From a virus: a DNA stretch of 23,389 bases. The stretch lies in IMG/VR virus record IMGVR_UViG_3300037307_000339, one strand, 5' to 3'. A program made the position numbers and the translations under genes. Below the pieces are notes generated by a model that saw only the letters and a list, made by a program, of their open reading frames with translations, was not told the origin of the DNA and did no database searches. Shown here one piece after another: positions 6,539 through 14,602 of the stretch (position 1 is the first letter of the stretch; every line of letters starts with the position of its first letter).

Positions 6539-6808
6539 TTACTCGCTTCTTGTGACATTATGGGTAAGCCCGCAGTGCGGGCAGGTTATAGTCATTTCCT
6601 GATGACTGTATTTTTTGATGATCTTGCGAACTGACTTTGCTTCTTTGAGAAGCTTCTTTATCATTTTTGTATTGCGCTCATGCTTAGGCTGAGACAGCAA
6701 CCTTTTGAGGTTTTTCTTGAGCCTAGTCAGTTTATCGCGTAACGGGGCGATCATCCCCGTTACTTTGATCTCCTCAAGTTCTTCGGCTATGGGAGTCTTA
6801 TCGGTCAT
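6539..6808 (-). CDS. Basic coiled-coil protein with C-terminal CPHC half-ribbon, 89 aa
   Basis: I prefer the internal start MTDKTPIAEE at 6808, which overlaps the stop of 6798..6989 (ATGACCGATAA). The longer track ORF (to 6919) would overlap the upstream gene by about 120 nt. Confidence 0.6.
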   Translation of the reverse strand: MTDKTPIAEELEEIKVTGMIAPLRDKLTRLKKNLKRLLSQPKHERNTKMIKKLLKEAKSVRKIIKKYSHQEMTITCPHCGLTHNVTRSE

Positions 6809-6989
6809 ATTTTTGGATAACCTGCTGCATGAACCTGATAACATCCGCGCACGAAGTCTTTCCAGCCATATTGGTCTGAACGAAATCGATACACTCTGGA
6901 TATTTAGCCCTACCCTCACGCTTTACAGCCTGCTTGATGACATTAGAGGTCTTGGCGATGAGGTTATATACATCATCATGCTGTGTCAT
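6798..6989 (-). CDS. Hypothetical protein, 63 aa
   Basis: RBS GGAGATTCCA precedes the ATG at 6989 (MTQHDDVYNLI...). The track start at 7028 is a GTG that overlaps the upstream stop and has no RBS. Confidence 0.6.
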   Translation of the reverse strand: MTQHDDVYNLIAKTSNVIKQAVKREGRAKYPECIDFVQTNMAGKTSCADVIRFMQQVIQKYDR

Positions 6990-7027
6990 TGGAATCTCCG
7001 ATTGGACGAATGAAGCGTCTTGTTGCA

Positions 7028-7225
7028 CTATTCACTGATACCCATTGCGTCTAACGCTGCTTTATACTCAACCTCAGTCTTGTAACGGATCATCACATTC
7101 GACCCATACAGAGTCTCTGTTCTGGCTTTAGCTTCTTTGACTGTGAGCTGTCCACAAGCGACATAATAGATCTTGCCAAGCTGCGGGTTCATGCGTTGCT
7201 TGATCCAATACGACTTTTTAGCCAT
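7028..7225 (-). CDS. Hypothetical protein, 65 aa
   Basis: RBS AGGTGACGAAG precedes the ATG at 7225 (MAKKSYWIKQ...). It is the first gene after the promoter at 7266..7294. The track start at 7234 is a GTG. Confidence 0.7.
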   Translation of the reverse strand: MAKKSYWIKQRMNPQLGKIYYVACGQLTVKEAKARTETLYGSNVMIRYKTEVEYKAALDAMGISE

Positions 7226-7265
7226 CTTCGTCACCTACTGTTGAGTTTGCTTACGTTGTGACCAT

Positions 7266-7294
7266 AGTATAGCAAGCCAAAAACTGGAAGTCAA
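7266..7294 (-). promoter_or_regulatory. Strong sigma70-type promoter (TTGACT-17-TATACT, TGn, upstream A-tract)
   Basis: Minus strand reads TTTTTTTGAAAAAAGGC TTGACT TCCAGTTTTTGGCTTGC TATACT ATGGTCACAACGTAAGCAAACTCAACAG. Confidence 0.75.
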
Positions 7295-7428
7295 GCCTTT
7301 TTTCAAAAAAATCTAGGTCACGGTTTCCACAAAGTAGAACTTTGTTGCCCCTATTGAATGCCCCGCGATTGTCTTGGCTGCGAGTACGATAGACGTAATA
7401 CACCTACGGACTACCCTCTCCTTCGTCG

Positions 7429-8172
7429 CTATGCTGTCATATCAAGTACATCTCTTTTGTTCATAGTGCCTGTCCTAAAAAAAAATGCCTGAGCATTTTG
7501 ATATGATTCGGGAGTACCAATGTCGATAAATGGTCCATCAGCCACCATGCCATATAGTGACTTATTGACAAGGGTTGGAAAGAAATCGTTTTCGAGTGAA
7601 TACGGGAACTGGAGTGGCATACTACGAATTATTTCCTTGTTCATAATGTATACGCCCGCATTGATTAGACTCGGTACAATGCTCAGCTCTTTCTCTTTGA
7701 ACGAGATAACCTTGTCGTCTACCGCCACAGCGACTAAGCCGCTCCTACTGTTGCTGTCTTCCTGAACTAACAGCATAGACACAGAAGCGTTTGTGATAGC
7801 GTGGAACACCTCAAACTCAATTAGATCGAAGTTGCAGTATGAGTCACCGTTCATAATCAGGACGGGGCTATGACAGAGAAGTGGTAAGGCATAACGCACT
7901 GCTCCACCCGTTCCACGGGAAACCGATTCGTTGCAGTAGGTTATGTTGATATTACGGTAATGGTTACCAAAGTGTTCAGTAATCTGATGGTGTAAATAAC
8001 CCGTACAGATTATGACATCATTCAACTGGAATGATGCGATCTGGTCTAAGATATAGGCAAGGAACGGCTTACCCTTCACTGGTGCCATGACTTTAGGCTT
8101 TGTGCTTATGATGGGGCTAAGGCGAGTTCCGAACCCACCTGCTAGAATGACTGCGGTTTGAATATCGCTCAT
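7429..8172 (-). CDS. Sugar-1-phosphate nucleotidyltransferase (NDP-sugar pyrophosphorylase), 247 aa
   Basis: The N-terminal sequence AVILAGGFGTRLSPIISTKPKVMAPVKGKPFL matches the LAGGxGTRL...KP(K/L) signature of the NTP_transferase family (RmlA/GalU/ManC/HddC-like). GGAV and NGD motifs follow. RBS GAGGTG precedes the ATG at 8172. Sugar and nucleotide specificity cannot be read from the sequence. Confidence 0.85.
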   Translation of the reverse strand: MSDIQTAVILAGGFGTRLSPIISTKPKVMAPVKGKPFLAYILDQIASFQLNDVIICTGYLHHQITEHFGNHYRNINITYCNESVSRGTGGAVRYALPLLCHSPVLIMNGDSYCNFDLIEFEVFHAITNASVSMLLVQEDSNSRSGLVAVAVDDKVISFKEKELSIVPSLINAGVYIMNKEIIRSMPLQFPYSLENDFFPTLVNKSLYGMVADGPFIDIGTPESYQNAQAFFFRTGTMNKRDVLDMTA

Positions 8173-8191
8173 AACACCTCGCTCTTAATAG

Positions 8192-8267
8192 TGGCACCCC
8201 AGGAGGGAATCGAACCCCCGTATATCGATTTAGAAGACCGATGCGTCATCCACTACGCTACTGAGGC
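8192..8267 (-). tRNA. tRNA-Arg(UCU), CCA encoded
   Basis: Minus strand reads GCCTCAG TA GCGT AGTGGATG ACGC A TCGGT CTTCTAA ATCGA TATAC GGGGG TTCGATT CCCTC CTGGGGT G CCA. Confidence 0.9.
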
Positions 8268-8448
8268 ATTGTTAGAAATACGGATAGCCCGAGTCTCTCT
8301 TCATCGAAATCTCTACGAATTTGTCATCCGTTCTGAGGCAACGTATGAGATTAAGTGGCTACCTTATCAAAGTTGAGCTTACAACCTGTATCCCTTGCCT
8401 GCATGATAATTTCTTTAGGACCGCAAAGTAACTCGCAGCATTATATCG

Positions 8449-8521
8449 AGCGGGTAACGCGATTTGAACGCGCATCTTGAGGGTCGGAAGCCGTCACGCT
8501 CTACCTTTGAGCTATACCCGC
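8449..8521 (-). tRNA. tRNA-Gly(UCC), no encoded CCA
   Basis: Minus strand reads GCGGGTA TA GCTC AAAGGTA GAGC G TGACGG... The anticodon arm is GACGG CTTCCGA CCCTC with one C:C mismatch. The T arm is GCGCG TTCAAAT CGCGT, the acceptor 3' strand is TACCCGC and the discriminator is U. Confidence 0.8.
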
Positions 8522-8529
8522 GTTCTTGA

Positions 8530-8769
8530 TTATCGGGAATATACCCTCAATTGAAAATCTGCTTCCTGGGTGTGATGATTTTCAATCACAAAGATATGGG
8601 GGTAGAGACTCTGATAGTTCTGGATAATGGCATCTTTATCATGTTCAGTTGGCTCTTCATTGAGATTGATGACTAGGTATTCACGAAGCAGAATGGGATC
8701 ATCCTCACATTTCCAGGAGATTACTCTATTCCCAAAGACGTTCGCAATCAAATCAGCAGCCTGTTTCAT
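8530..8769 (-). CDS. Hypothetical protein, 79 aa
   Basis: RBS AAGGAGTTCTAA precedes the ATG at 8769. Confidence 0.7.
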   Translation of the reverse strand: MKQAADLIANVFGNRVISWKCEDDPILLREYLVINLNEEPTEHDKDAIIQNYQSLYPHIFVIENHHTQEADFQLRVYSR

Positions 8770-8771
8770 TT

Positions 8772-9175
8772 AGAACTCCTTATGTTGTAATCCGCAAGCT
8801 AGTGTCTGAATACCGAGACTACGCCACAGTCTTACGATAACGGGGCGGTCATCGATTGCTAAAACCACATTATACTTGTTTCGGATAAACTTGTCAAACA
8901 GTTCGCGCTGTTTGATGAGTCACCGTCGATAGGGTCGGCATGTACTATGTACTTGTAGGTAACCATAGTAGTGCAAACAAAGCCGAGGCAACCATCACGA
9001 TGATCACATTCTTTACCCTTGTATCTACGATAGGGGTGGATAAAATCCAAATAGTCACTAGTGTTATCGAACCCAAGAAAATGAGCCCGTTACTCTAATT
9101 GTTGAACAGAACATCAAAATTGTTATATCCTTCGTCGCAGCAATGCAGGAGAGGCTCGCCAAAATTAAGTCTCAT
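8772..9175 (-). pseudogene. Fragmented coding region; its 3' part resembles the C-terminus of a HAD-type (polynucleotide kinase-phosphatase-like) phosphatase
   Basis: Three short ORFs lie in three frames. The last frame reads LIKQRELFDKFIRNKYNVVLAIDDRPVIVRLWRSLGIQTLACG, begins directly after a TGA and has no start codon. The AIDDRxxVVxxWRxxGI pattern is as I recall it from the C-terminus of T4 Pnk-type phosphatase domains. The track ORF 8859..9050 begins with TTG and has no RBS. Confidence 0.35.
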
Positions 9176-9183
9176 TGGAAATG

Positions 9184-9468
9184 TTACATCAGCGTGTCAA
9201 CACCCATCCGAGACGCAACTGCAATCACCGTCGCGATCAGGTGGACCGATAGAATGGTGGACATACTAGCTCCTGCGAACCCGTAGCCTATCACCATAAA
9301 CCAGTCCCCTGCAAGGTACAGGGTAACAATGCAACGAAAGATCGTATTCATTCTTTTATCCTTTTGCGTTTGGCTTTCAGCTTTTTCTCCAGTAATCTTC
9401 AGTCTGAAGATGATCTTTTCATACATGCTTTCCTTCAAACTGAATGACCGATCTAAGAACACCGTCAT
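9184..9468 (-). CDS. Small membrane protein (94 aa by the track; 80 aa from ATG 9426)
   Basis: The C-terminal half (FRCIVTLYLAGDWFMVIGYGFAGASMSTILSVHLIATVIAVA) forms two hydrophobic helices. The best RBS (AAGGAAAGC) precedes the ATG at 9426. Confidence 0.6.
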   Translation of the reverse strand: MTVFLDRSFSLKESMYEKIIFRLKITGEKAESQTQKDKRMNTIFRCIVTLYLAGDWFMVIGYGFAGASMSTILSVHLIATVIAVASRMGVDTLM

Positions 9469-9541
9469 CGTTGCTTACATCCTGACTCCAGGGAAAGTGA
9501 AACGTTTTTGAGTGTTTAGTCTTCATGTCATTGCGGTTGTT

Positions 9542-9724
9542 TTAGTATATAGGAACCAGTTTAACTCGACAAACGCACCTAAACGGAGCCCTCACGCTTT
9601 TCAAGATCAAGTCCTTACTCTTCTTGGCATCCTCTAGGCTTGAGAACGTGTAGGACTCGACACCTAAATCGAAGATACCGAACAACATTATCTTTGTCTT
9701 GTACTTGAGTTTGGACTTGACCAT
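9542..9724 (-). CDS. Hypothetical protein, 60 aa
   Basis: This is the first ORF after the promoter at 9755..9782. ATG at 9724, with no obvious SD. Confidence 0.5.
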   Translation of the reverse strand: MVKSKLKYKTKIMLFGIFDLGVESYTFSSLEDAKKSKDLILKSVRAPFRCVCRVKLVPIY

Positions 9725-9754
9725 TTTGTTTCGGCTTGCTTACACGGTGACTAT

Positions 9755-9782
9755 AGTCTAGCCTATTTACAGCGAAAGTCAA
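9755..9782 (-). promoter_or_regulatory. Sigma70-type promoter (TTGACT-16-TAGACT, upstream A-tract)
   Basis: Minus strand reads AAAAAAAGC TTGACT TTCGCTGTAAATAGGC TAGACT ATAGTCACCGTGTAAGCAAGC. Confidence 0.65.
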
Positions 9783-9830
9783 GCTTTTTTTAAGCTAATT
9801 TTCCTCGGAAATGTGACAGCCGCAATGTTG

Positions 9831-10223
9831 CTAGTTTCGGTCAGGGGAGGGAACCAGCGGCGGGTCGAAGAACTTTTCGATTTGCTGGATGAGGCGATGG
9901 AACAAGCGCGGACTCACATCAAACATTGCCGCCCACAGGTTAGCGATAGGGCAAATAGAAACTACTGCCCTGCCGATGAGAGTACCGATCTTATCCGTCG
10001 GATAGTAGTAACCGACGGTCCTCATTGCTCGCCCACTATCCGTCTTTTCCAATGCCTTGGCAGCAGTCAGTTTAGCGATATACACACCCCTGGCTCTGAA
10101 GTCTTTCTGATAGTTCTCGAAGGTTTTCAGAGTGTAACCCACGGCACATATACTCAACGGTAACCAATATAGAAATACGGCAATCCAAGGATTAGCCCAA
10201 TAGCTCAGGATAGCATCAATCAT
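9831..10223 (-). CDS. Membrane protein, 130 aa, function unknown
   Basis: RBS GAGGTGACTT precedes the ATG at 10223. The N-terminal segment WIAVFLYWLPLSICAVGY is hydrophobic. The antisense ORF 9813..10163 has no RBS. Confidence 0.7.
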   Translation of the reverse strand: MIDAILSYWANPWIAVFLYWLPLSICAVGYTLKTFENYQKDFRARGVYIAKLTAAKALEKTDSGRAMRTVGYYYPTDKIGTLIGRAVVSICPIANLWAAMFDVSPRLFHRLIQQIEKFFDPPLVPSPDRN

Positions 10224-10231
10224 AAGTCACC

Positions 10232-10648
10232 TCAACTGTTGATGCTGTCAAGACCCACTCGCATACCGAGTAAACTCAAGATATGGACCATCTCAAATTG
10301 AATTGCCGTGCGGGTGGCAATAGGGATAGAGCTTGGGTGGTTCTCTATATCGGTTTCAGGTTTTACGCCTGAGACACCGATGATCAGAAGCAGTGCTTTC
10401 ATGCTGATGTAATCACACAGAATGGGCTCATACTCAGTAAGCTTAAACTTGATAGGAAATTCAGTAAGCCTGAGTCGAGCCATATTATTGCCCATCTTAC
10501 GGATCCAACGCTTATCGTTAGGGTTGAATACGCTCCAGCCTACGGTTACTTCGCGAGTCTCATAGTCTAGGCTAGTGCATACGGTCAGGACAGCACCGTT
10601 GACTAGGAAGTGATGTCGGAATCGTTGGGCAGTCTTAGTTTCACACAT
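10232..10648 (-). CDS. Hypothetical protein, 138 aa
   Basis: RBS AAAGAGGATTTATC precedes the ATG at 10648. Confidence 0.7.
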   Translation of the reverse strand: MCETKTAQRFRHHFLVNGAVLTVCTSLDYETREVTVGWSVFNPNDKRWIRKMGNNMARLRLTEFPIKFKLTEYEPILCDYISMKALLLIIGVSGVKPETDIENHPSSIPIATRTAIQFEMVHILSLLGMRVGLDSINS

Positions 10649-10660
10649 GATAAATCCTCT

Positions 10661-10996
10661 TTAGGTTGCAATAGCCATGGCCTCCTCGATGGGAGGTGCA
10701 TCAAGATACTTCTTATACACTGCTTCTTTTTGATCCTTAAGTTCTTGAATCTTGGAGTTAAGAGCAGCAATTTCCTTCTGTTTTTGCTCTTCCACATACG
10801 CTAGAGCAAGCGATTGATCAGTGAATAGGTACATTCCTGCCACTCTACGGTGGGTGCCATTTACATACTTCACCAACAAATTATCAGATAGACTTTCGGT
10901 GAGTTTGATGAAGATCGCACAATATCGGATCCCACTCGTGAGATAGAACTCCACATCCCAACCATACAGTATGCGGTAATAATCTTTGCTGTTCAT
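10661..10996 (-). CDS. Hypothetical protein with C-terminal coiled coil, 111 aa
   Basis: RBS GAGGGATAAAGA precedes the ATG at 10996, which overlaps the upstream stop (ATGA type). Confidence 0.7.
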   Translation of the reverse strand: MNSKDYYRILYGWDVEFYLTSGIRYCAIFIKLTESLSDNLLVKYVNGTHRRVAGMYLFTDQSLALAYVEEQKQKEIAALNSKIQELKDQKEAVYKKYLDAPPIEEAMAIAT

Positions 10997-11250
10997 TCTT
11001 TATCCCTCATTGTAAACGATATCTCACAGGCTCTTTCGCACTCATGCTTGATGTCTGTCTTAAGTTTTTTGATGGCAATTTTCTTTACCTCTTTGAATAC
11101 TCTCTTGCCAGGGCAATGGAACATTTCGATTGTGACACGGTTGCCCTTAACCTTAATGTCTTTTACCCTAACAAGTGTCCTGCTTATGATGGCATCTACA
11201 ACTGTAGAAATGTACTTTGAACGAGTTTCCAGTGATACCATCTCATACAT
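10993..11250 (-). CDS. Hypothetical basic protein, 85 aa
   Basis: RBS AGGAGAATGT precedes the ATG at 11250, 4 nt after the stop of the phosphoesterase gene. Confidence 0.7.
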   Translation of the reverse strand: MYEMVSLETRSKYISTVVDAIISRTLVRVKDIKVKGNRVTIEMFHCPGKRVFKEVKKIAIKKLKTDIKHECERACEISFTMRDKE

Positions 11251-11254
11251 TCTC

Positions 11255-12046
11255 CTAAATTTCTACAGTCATTGGAATGTATTCATGTGGGTGTCTGTAG
11301 AGCTCACCTAAGTAACCTTTAGGGTGACAGACTACTCTACACTGTTCAACGTTGTAATCAAAATCACTATGACAATGCCCGTGTGCCCAAAGCTTGATCT
11401 GATCGTTATCGACCATGATATGCTCTAGGTTACTTGCGAATGCTCCAGTAAGGGGACTGGTCTTAAACCTGGGCATTATGCTCTGATACGACGGAGCGTG
11501 ATGCGTCAATATCACTATCGTCTTCGTCTCATTGAACAGCCTTAGCATCTGATCAATGTAGGACGTGTTGATGTTGAAAAGACGAACCGTATCATCGGGT
11601 CTGATTGCTCTGGAGCGGAATGACAGATCCTTAAGAGTAGGAAAGATAAAGTAATAATCTGAAATTCCTACCTTGCACGCCTCCTTCGTCATAGGATTGT
11701 TCCTATCCATATCGCTCCAGAGCGTAGTGCCGATGAACGTGACTTCATCGATAGAGATCGCATCATTACTCAAGACATGGATGTTTCTGAAAGGTTTCAT
11801 CTCTTCCCTAATGTAATCGACTGTCGTATCAAGGCACCCCTGATAATACTCATGATTACCTAGGACATAGAATACTTTTTCCCATCTCTCGCTCATCCTC
11901 TTAAACACGGGAAGCATCTTTCTTATTTGTCGAACCTCACACACATCACCTAGGAGAGCGAGGAAAGGAGCGTTAGCAGTAAAGAACGGGTCTCCTAGAT
12001 CGCTTACTAGACTGAGGTGAATATCACTGGCAATATCGATGAGCAT
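11255..12046 (-). CDS. Calcineurin-like metallophosphoesterase, 263 aa
   Basis: Metallophosphatase motifs occur in order: SDIH, LLGDVCE, GNHEYY, ILTHHAP, AHGHCH. RBS GGAGATGGTAA precedes the ATG at 12046. It is the first gene after the promoter at 12101..12129. Confidence 0.85.
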   Translation of the reverse strand: MLIDIASDIHLSLVSDLGDPFFTANAPFLALLGDVCEVRQIRKMLPVFKRMSERWEKVFYVLGNHEYYQGCLDTTVDYIREEMKPFRNIHVLSNDAISIDEVTFIGTTLWSDMDRNNPMTKEACKVGISDYYFIFPTLKDLSFRSRAIRPDDTVRLFNINTSYIDQMLRLFNETKTIVILTHHAPSYQSIMPRFKTSPLTGAFASNLEHIMVDNDQIKLWAHGHCHSDFDYNVEQCRVVCHPKGYLGELYRHPHEYIPMTVEI

Positions 12047-12100
12047 TTACCATCTCCGAGTTAAAATGTAAAAATCATTTATTTGCGCGTAATCGTTAAT

Positions 12101-12129
12101 AGTTTAGTACATCAGAAGCCTGATGTCAA
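12101..12129 (-). promoter_or_regulatory. Sigma70-type promoter (TTGACA-17-TAAACT)
   Basis: Minus strand reads CCTC TTGACA TCAGGCTTCTGATGTAC TAAACT ATTAACG. This is the first promoter-like site downstream of the eight-gene operon. Confidence 0.65.
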
Positions 12130-12392
12130 GAGGAAGGTTGTGTAGAGTTCCTAATCCACACCGCTCCACGTTCGTCGTACAGACTGTTCTGAACGGAGTC
12201 ATAATAATCATGGAACTTGCTGAATACTTTCACAGGCTCTCTCTGAGTCATCATCGGGTTGCATTAAAAACTAGAGATGCCCGTCGATCTTATCAGCGAA
12301 CTCGACTAACATCTCTTATGTCAATAGTGTGCTTCATTGCACTAATCGCCCGTTTAGTAGGTTACGAATTCTCGATACGTTATCCTAGTCTG

Positions 12393-13331
12393 TCATTTCA
12401 GTGCATTTACGCAATGGGTATAGGAATAGTAGTAGAATCCCGTGATCTCTGCATAGTTGCGCCAAGTCTTAGTCGTAGACAGTAACGGTCTGTCTTCTTT
12501 TTCTGACGCATTAAACGATGATTCTGCTCCGTCAAATGCGCCGTTAACCTTTAACCAAGGTCCTAAGAAGCACATATTGTCATAGTAGCCTGGTGCCTTT
12601 GGACCCAAATTGCAAATCTCTGGTGGTAGCCATTCAGCACTAATGATCGGCAGTACCTTAACCTTGGTACTAGGAACTGCATTCTTGATTTGATTGAGAC
12701 GATCCTTAACCTTAGGATAGAGCTTTGTTCCTCTGTCTACATACGAGTGCATATAGATTCGGTCAACCAATTTGAGCAGAGAAGTCATCTCATTCTGAGT
12801 GGTCCAACCGATATACGCACCAATAACAGTGCCTGCTGGTGCTTTAGACCTCATATACTTGAGTATCGTAGTCGCATTGGTAGTGAAGTCTCTCGGTGAG
12901 TTGTTCCACCACTCATACTCAAGCCACAATCCATCAATTTTGACTGCGTAGGTAGAAAGGAATTTGGTAACTCTGTCCATTTCAGCAATTCCGCCGACAG
13001 CAATAGAGACAAAGTTAACTCCTTGAGCTCTCACCTTTTCAATCAAGTCTTTAAGCTCTGACTGCTTCAATGGAATGACCCTCGTAGCAACAGGACCACC
13101 TGTGTAGAAGGTTAGTTCAGTGAATCCATACTTCTTGACAAAATCTAAAAACTCTTGGGTTTTGGATGGGTTAGTTACAATGGAGTAGAGTTCTCCAACT
13201 AGCAGTCCTCTCATAGCCGTACCTCCTGGTGGACTTGCAAAAGTAAAATGTGACATCAAATTTAAAACAATACACATCATTTTACTTAGTCTTTTTACGG
13301 TACTGAACCTCATTAGTATTTCGTTTTCCAT
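12393..13331 (-). CDS. Secreted TIM-barrel-like protein, putative polysaccharide hydrolase or modifying enzyme, 312 aa
   Basis: It overlaps the GT2 stop by 19 nt. A signal-like N-terminus (KRLSKMMCIVLNLMSHFTFA) is present. Alternating beta/alpha-type segments and an acidic motif (IDGLWLEYEWW) are reminiscent of glycoside-hydrolase barrels. The functional call is weak and the CDS call is strong. Confidence 0.8.
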   Translation of the reverse strand: MENEILMRFSTVKRLSKMMCIVLNLMSHFTFASPPGGTAMRGLLVGELYSIVTNPSKTQEFLDFVKKYGFTELTFYTGGPVATRVIPLKQSELKDLIEKVRAQGVNFVSIAVGGIAEMDRVTKFLSTYAVKIDGLWLEYEWWNNSPRDFTTNATTILKYMRSKAPAGTVIGAYIGWTTQNEMTSLLKLVDRIYMHSYVDRGTKLYPKVKDRLNQIKNAVPSTKVKVLPIISAEWLPPEICNLGPKAPGYYDNMCFLGPWLKVNGAFDGAESSFNASEKEDRPLLSTTKTWRNYAEITGFYYYSYTHCVNALK

Positions 13332-14602
13332 AGGTAGGCATGTCTTTGGACATAGTTAGGCACATAGCCATCTCGATAAGAGGACCTATTGATGAACTCA
13401 TCGACGCAAGCCACGGTCCTCACTGCTCGCATAAAGAAGCCTCCATAGAGTGAGTAGAATGGGAATACGATACAAGGCATTAGATCTCTCTTGAGGTTTA
13501 CGCTGTAGAACATCACCGTGAGGACTTGGAAGAAGCCAAAGACACTATAGCCTAATGCAACACAAACAGCTAAGTTCTTAACAGACTGCCAATCCAAATT
13601 CAAGAACAAAGCGCCTAACATGAACCAAAACGAGAAGGTACACCACACGGAGAAGAACATCGTGTCGTACCAGTACAGGAAGTTCGTGAATCGGAAGTTG
13701 TTACTCATCAGACTGGCACCTTCGATATGCTTGCGAAGATGGATTCTGACGATGCCCATATCCCAACGGAGTCTTTGATTCCATAGTTGTTTCCATTTGA
13801 TCGGAACATCCGTATAGCACTCTGACTCAGGTACGAACACCACCTTGTAACCCATCTTGCGAATGCGAATAGTGATGTCTGAGTCTTCACTAGGTCCAAC
13901 ATCCATACCGTATCCACGACGGAAGATCTCTGTCCTGAATGCACCGAAAGCACCGCTGATGATAGACAACGTCCCCATTTTAGCTGAAAGCACTCGACCT
14001 ACCATGATCGAGATCAGATACTCGTACGCTTGGAATAGTGTGCATAAACTGTCTGTCGGATTCCTGACAAGGATGCAACCCGATGTTCCACCCACTTTAG
14101 GATCTTTAAACGGTTGCACTAATCGGTAGATAGCATCAGGACCAAAAGTGCTGTCTGAGTCGATGACGACAATGATATCTGCGGTGATGTATGGGTATGC
14201 GAAGTTCTGTGCAGTGCTCTTTCCACCACCATGGGGGCGTCTCAGAACTAAGACTCCGTCATGAGTCTCTGCGAACTTAGACGCAATCTCGAATGTGCCA
14301 TCCGTTGAGCCATCGTCGATGACGATAATTTGGAGGAACGGATAACTGCCATGGATTGTCTCCAAGCACTGTCTCATTGTCGCGGACTCATTTAAGCCAG
14401 GGATAAGTGCGCACACAGTGGGTAGATAGGCTCCTTTCGGAGCCTCTTTGCCATGCCATAGGTCAGAAAAGAAGGTCCAAATTAGTAAAACCAGATTTGC
14501 GAATAGATATCTAGGACCATCTAAGAGCAGCATCCCACTGAATGTCAGGAGATACTGCTCTGTGCTGAATCCTGAGAACCAGTACAGAGCATCGTAAATC
14601 AT
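13313..14602 (-). CDS. Processive family-2 glycosyltransferase (polysaccharide synthase), integral membrane, 429 aa
   Basis: The motifs VIDDGSTDGT, VIDSDS (DxD), GPSEDSDIT (ED) and QRLRWDMG (Q(Q/R)xRW) occur in the canonical order of cellulose, chitin, PNAG, hyaluronan and alginate synthases. Hydrophobic helices lie at the N-terminus and in the C-terminal 130 aa. The ATG at 14602 overlaps the upstream stop (ATGA). Confidence 0.92.
   Translation of the reverse strand: MIYDALYWFSGFSTEQYLLTFSGMLLLDGPRYLFANLVLLIWTFFSDLWHGKEAPKGAYLPTVCALIPGLNESATMRQCLETIHGSYPFLQIIVIDDGSTDGTFEIASKFAETHDGVLVLRRPHGGGKSTAQNFAYPYITADIIVVIDSDSTFGPDAIYRLVQPFKDPKVGGTSGCILVRNPTDSLCTLFQAYEYLISIMVGRVLSAKMGTLSIISGAFGAFRTEIFRRGYGMDVGPSEDSDITIRIRKMGYKVVFVPESECYTDVPIKWKQLWNQRLRWDMGIVRIHLRKHIEGASLMSNNFRFTNFLYWYDTMFFSVWCTFSFWFMLGALFLNLDWQSVKNLAVCVALGYSVFGFFQVLTVMFYSVNLKRDLMPCIVFPFYSLYGGFFMRAVRTVACVDEFINRSSYRDGYVPNYVQRHAYLWKTKY

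Noticed and set aside
7338-7358. Hairpin ACAAAGT-TCT-ACTTTGT downstream of the nucleotidyltransferase gene as a terminator
   Set aside because: The stem is AT-rich. The nearest T-run is about 17 nt away and belongs to the A/T-tract of the next promoter. Support is too weak to annotate.
8158-8376. ORFs overlapping tRNA genes (8158..8376 +, 21252..21458 -, 21384..21620 +, 2144..2338 -)
   Set aside because: They are read through well-formed or tRNA-derived cloverleaf sequences and have no RBS. They are artefacts of ORF calling across RNA genes.
8976-9175. In-frame TAG after 26 codons as evidence for programmed read-through by a phage suppressor tRNA
   Set aside because: No tRNA in the window has a CUA anticodon in a canonical 7-nt loop. 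The CTA in the loop of 5125..5209 is out of register. The surrounding region shows multiple frame breaks, which fits a pseudogene better.
9813-10163. Plus-strand ORFs in the track (for example 9813..10163, 6144..6503, 12123..12485, 21802..22251, 3590..3886, 13857..14129)
   Set aside because: Every one is antisense to a better-supported minus-strand gene or lies in a leader. None has a usable Shine-Dalgarno at proper spacing or a promoter. Their translations are low-complexity. All promoters, RBSs and tRNAs in the window point leftward.
12126-12254. 42-codon minus-strand ORF (MMTQREPVKVF...) in the gap between the operon end and the next promoter
   Set aside because: It has no RBS, and its 3' end runs through the -35 hexamer of the promoter at 12124..12129. 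This is not enough evidence. The 345-nt gap is best left unannotated. I also found no convincing intrinsic terminator there; the only candidate is a 4-bp stem before TTTTT at about 12270.
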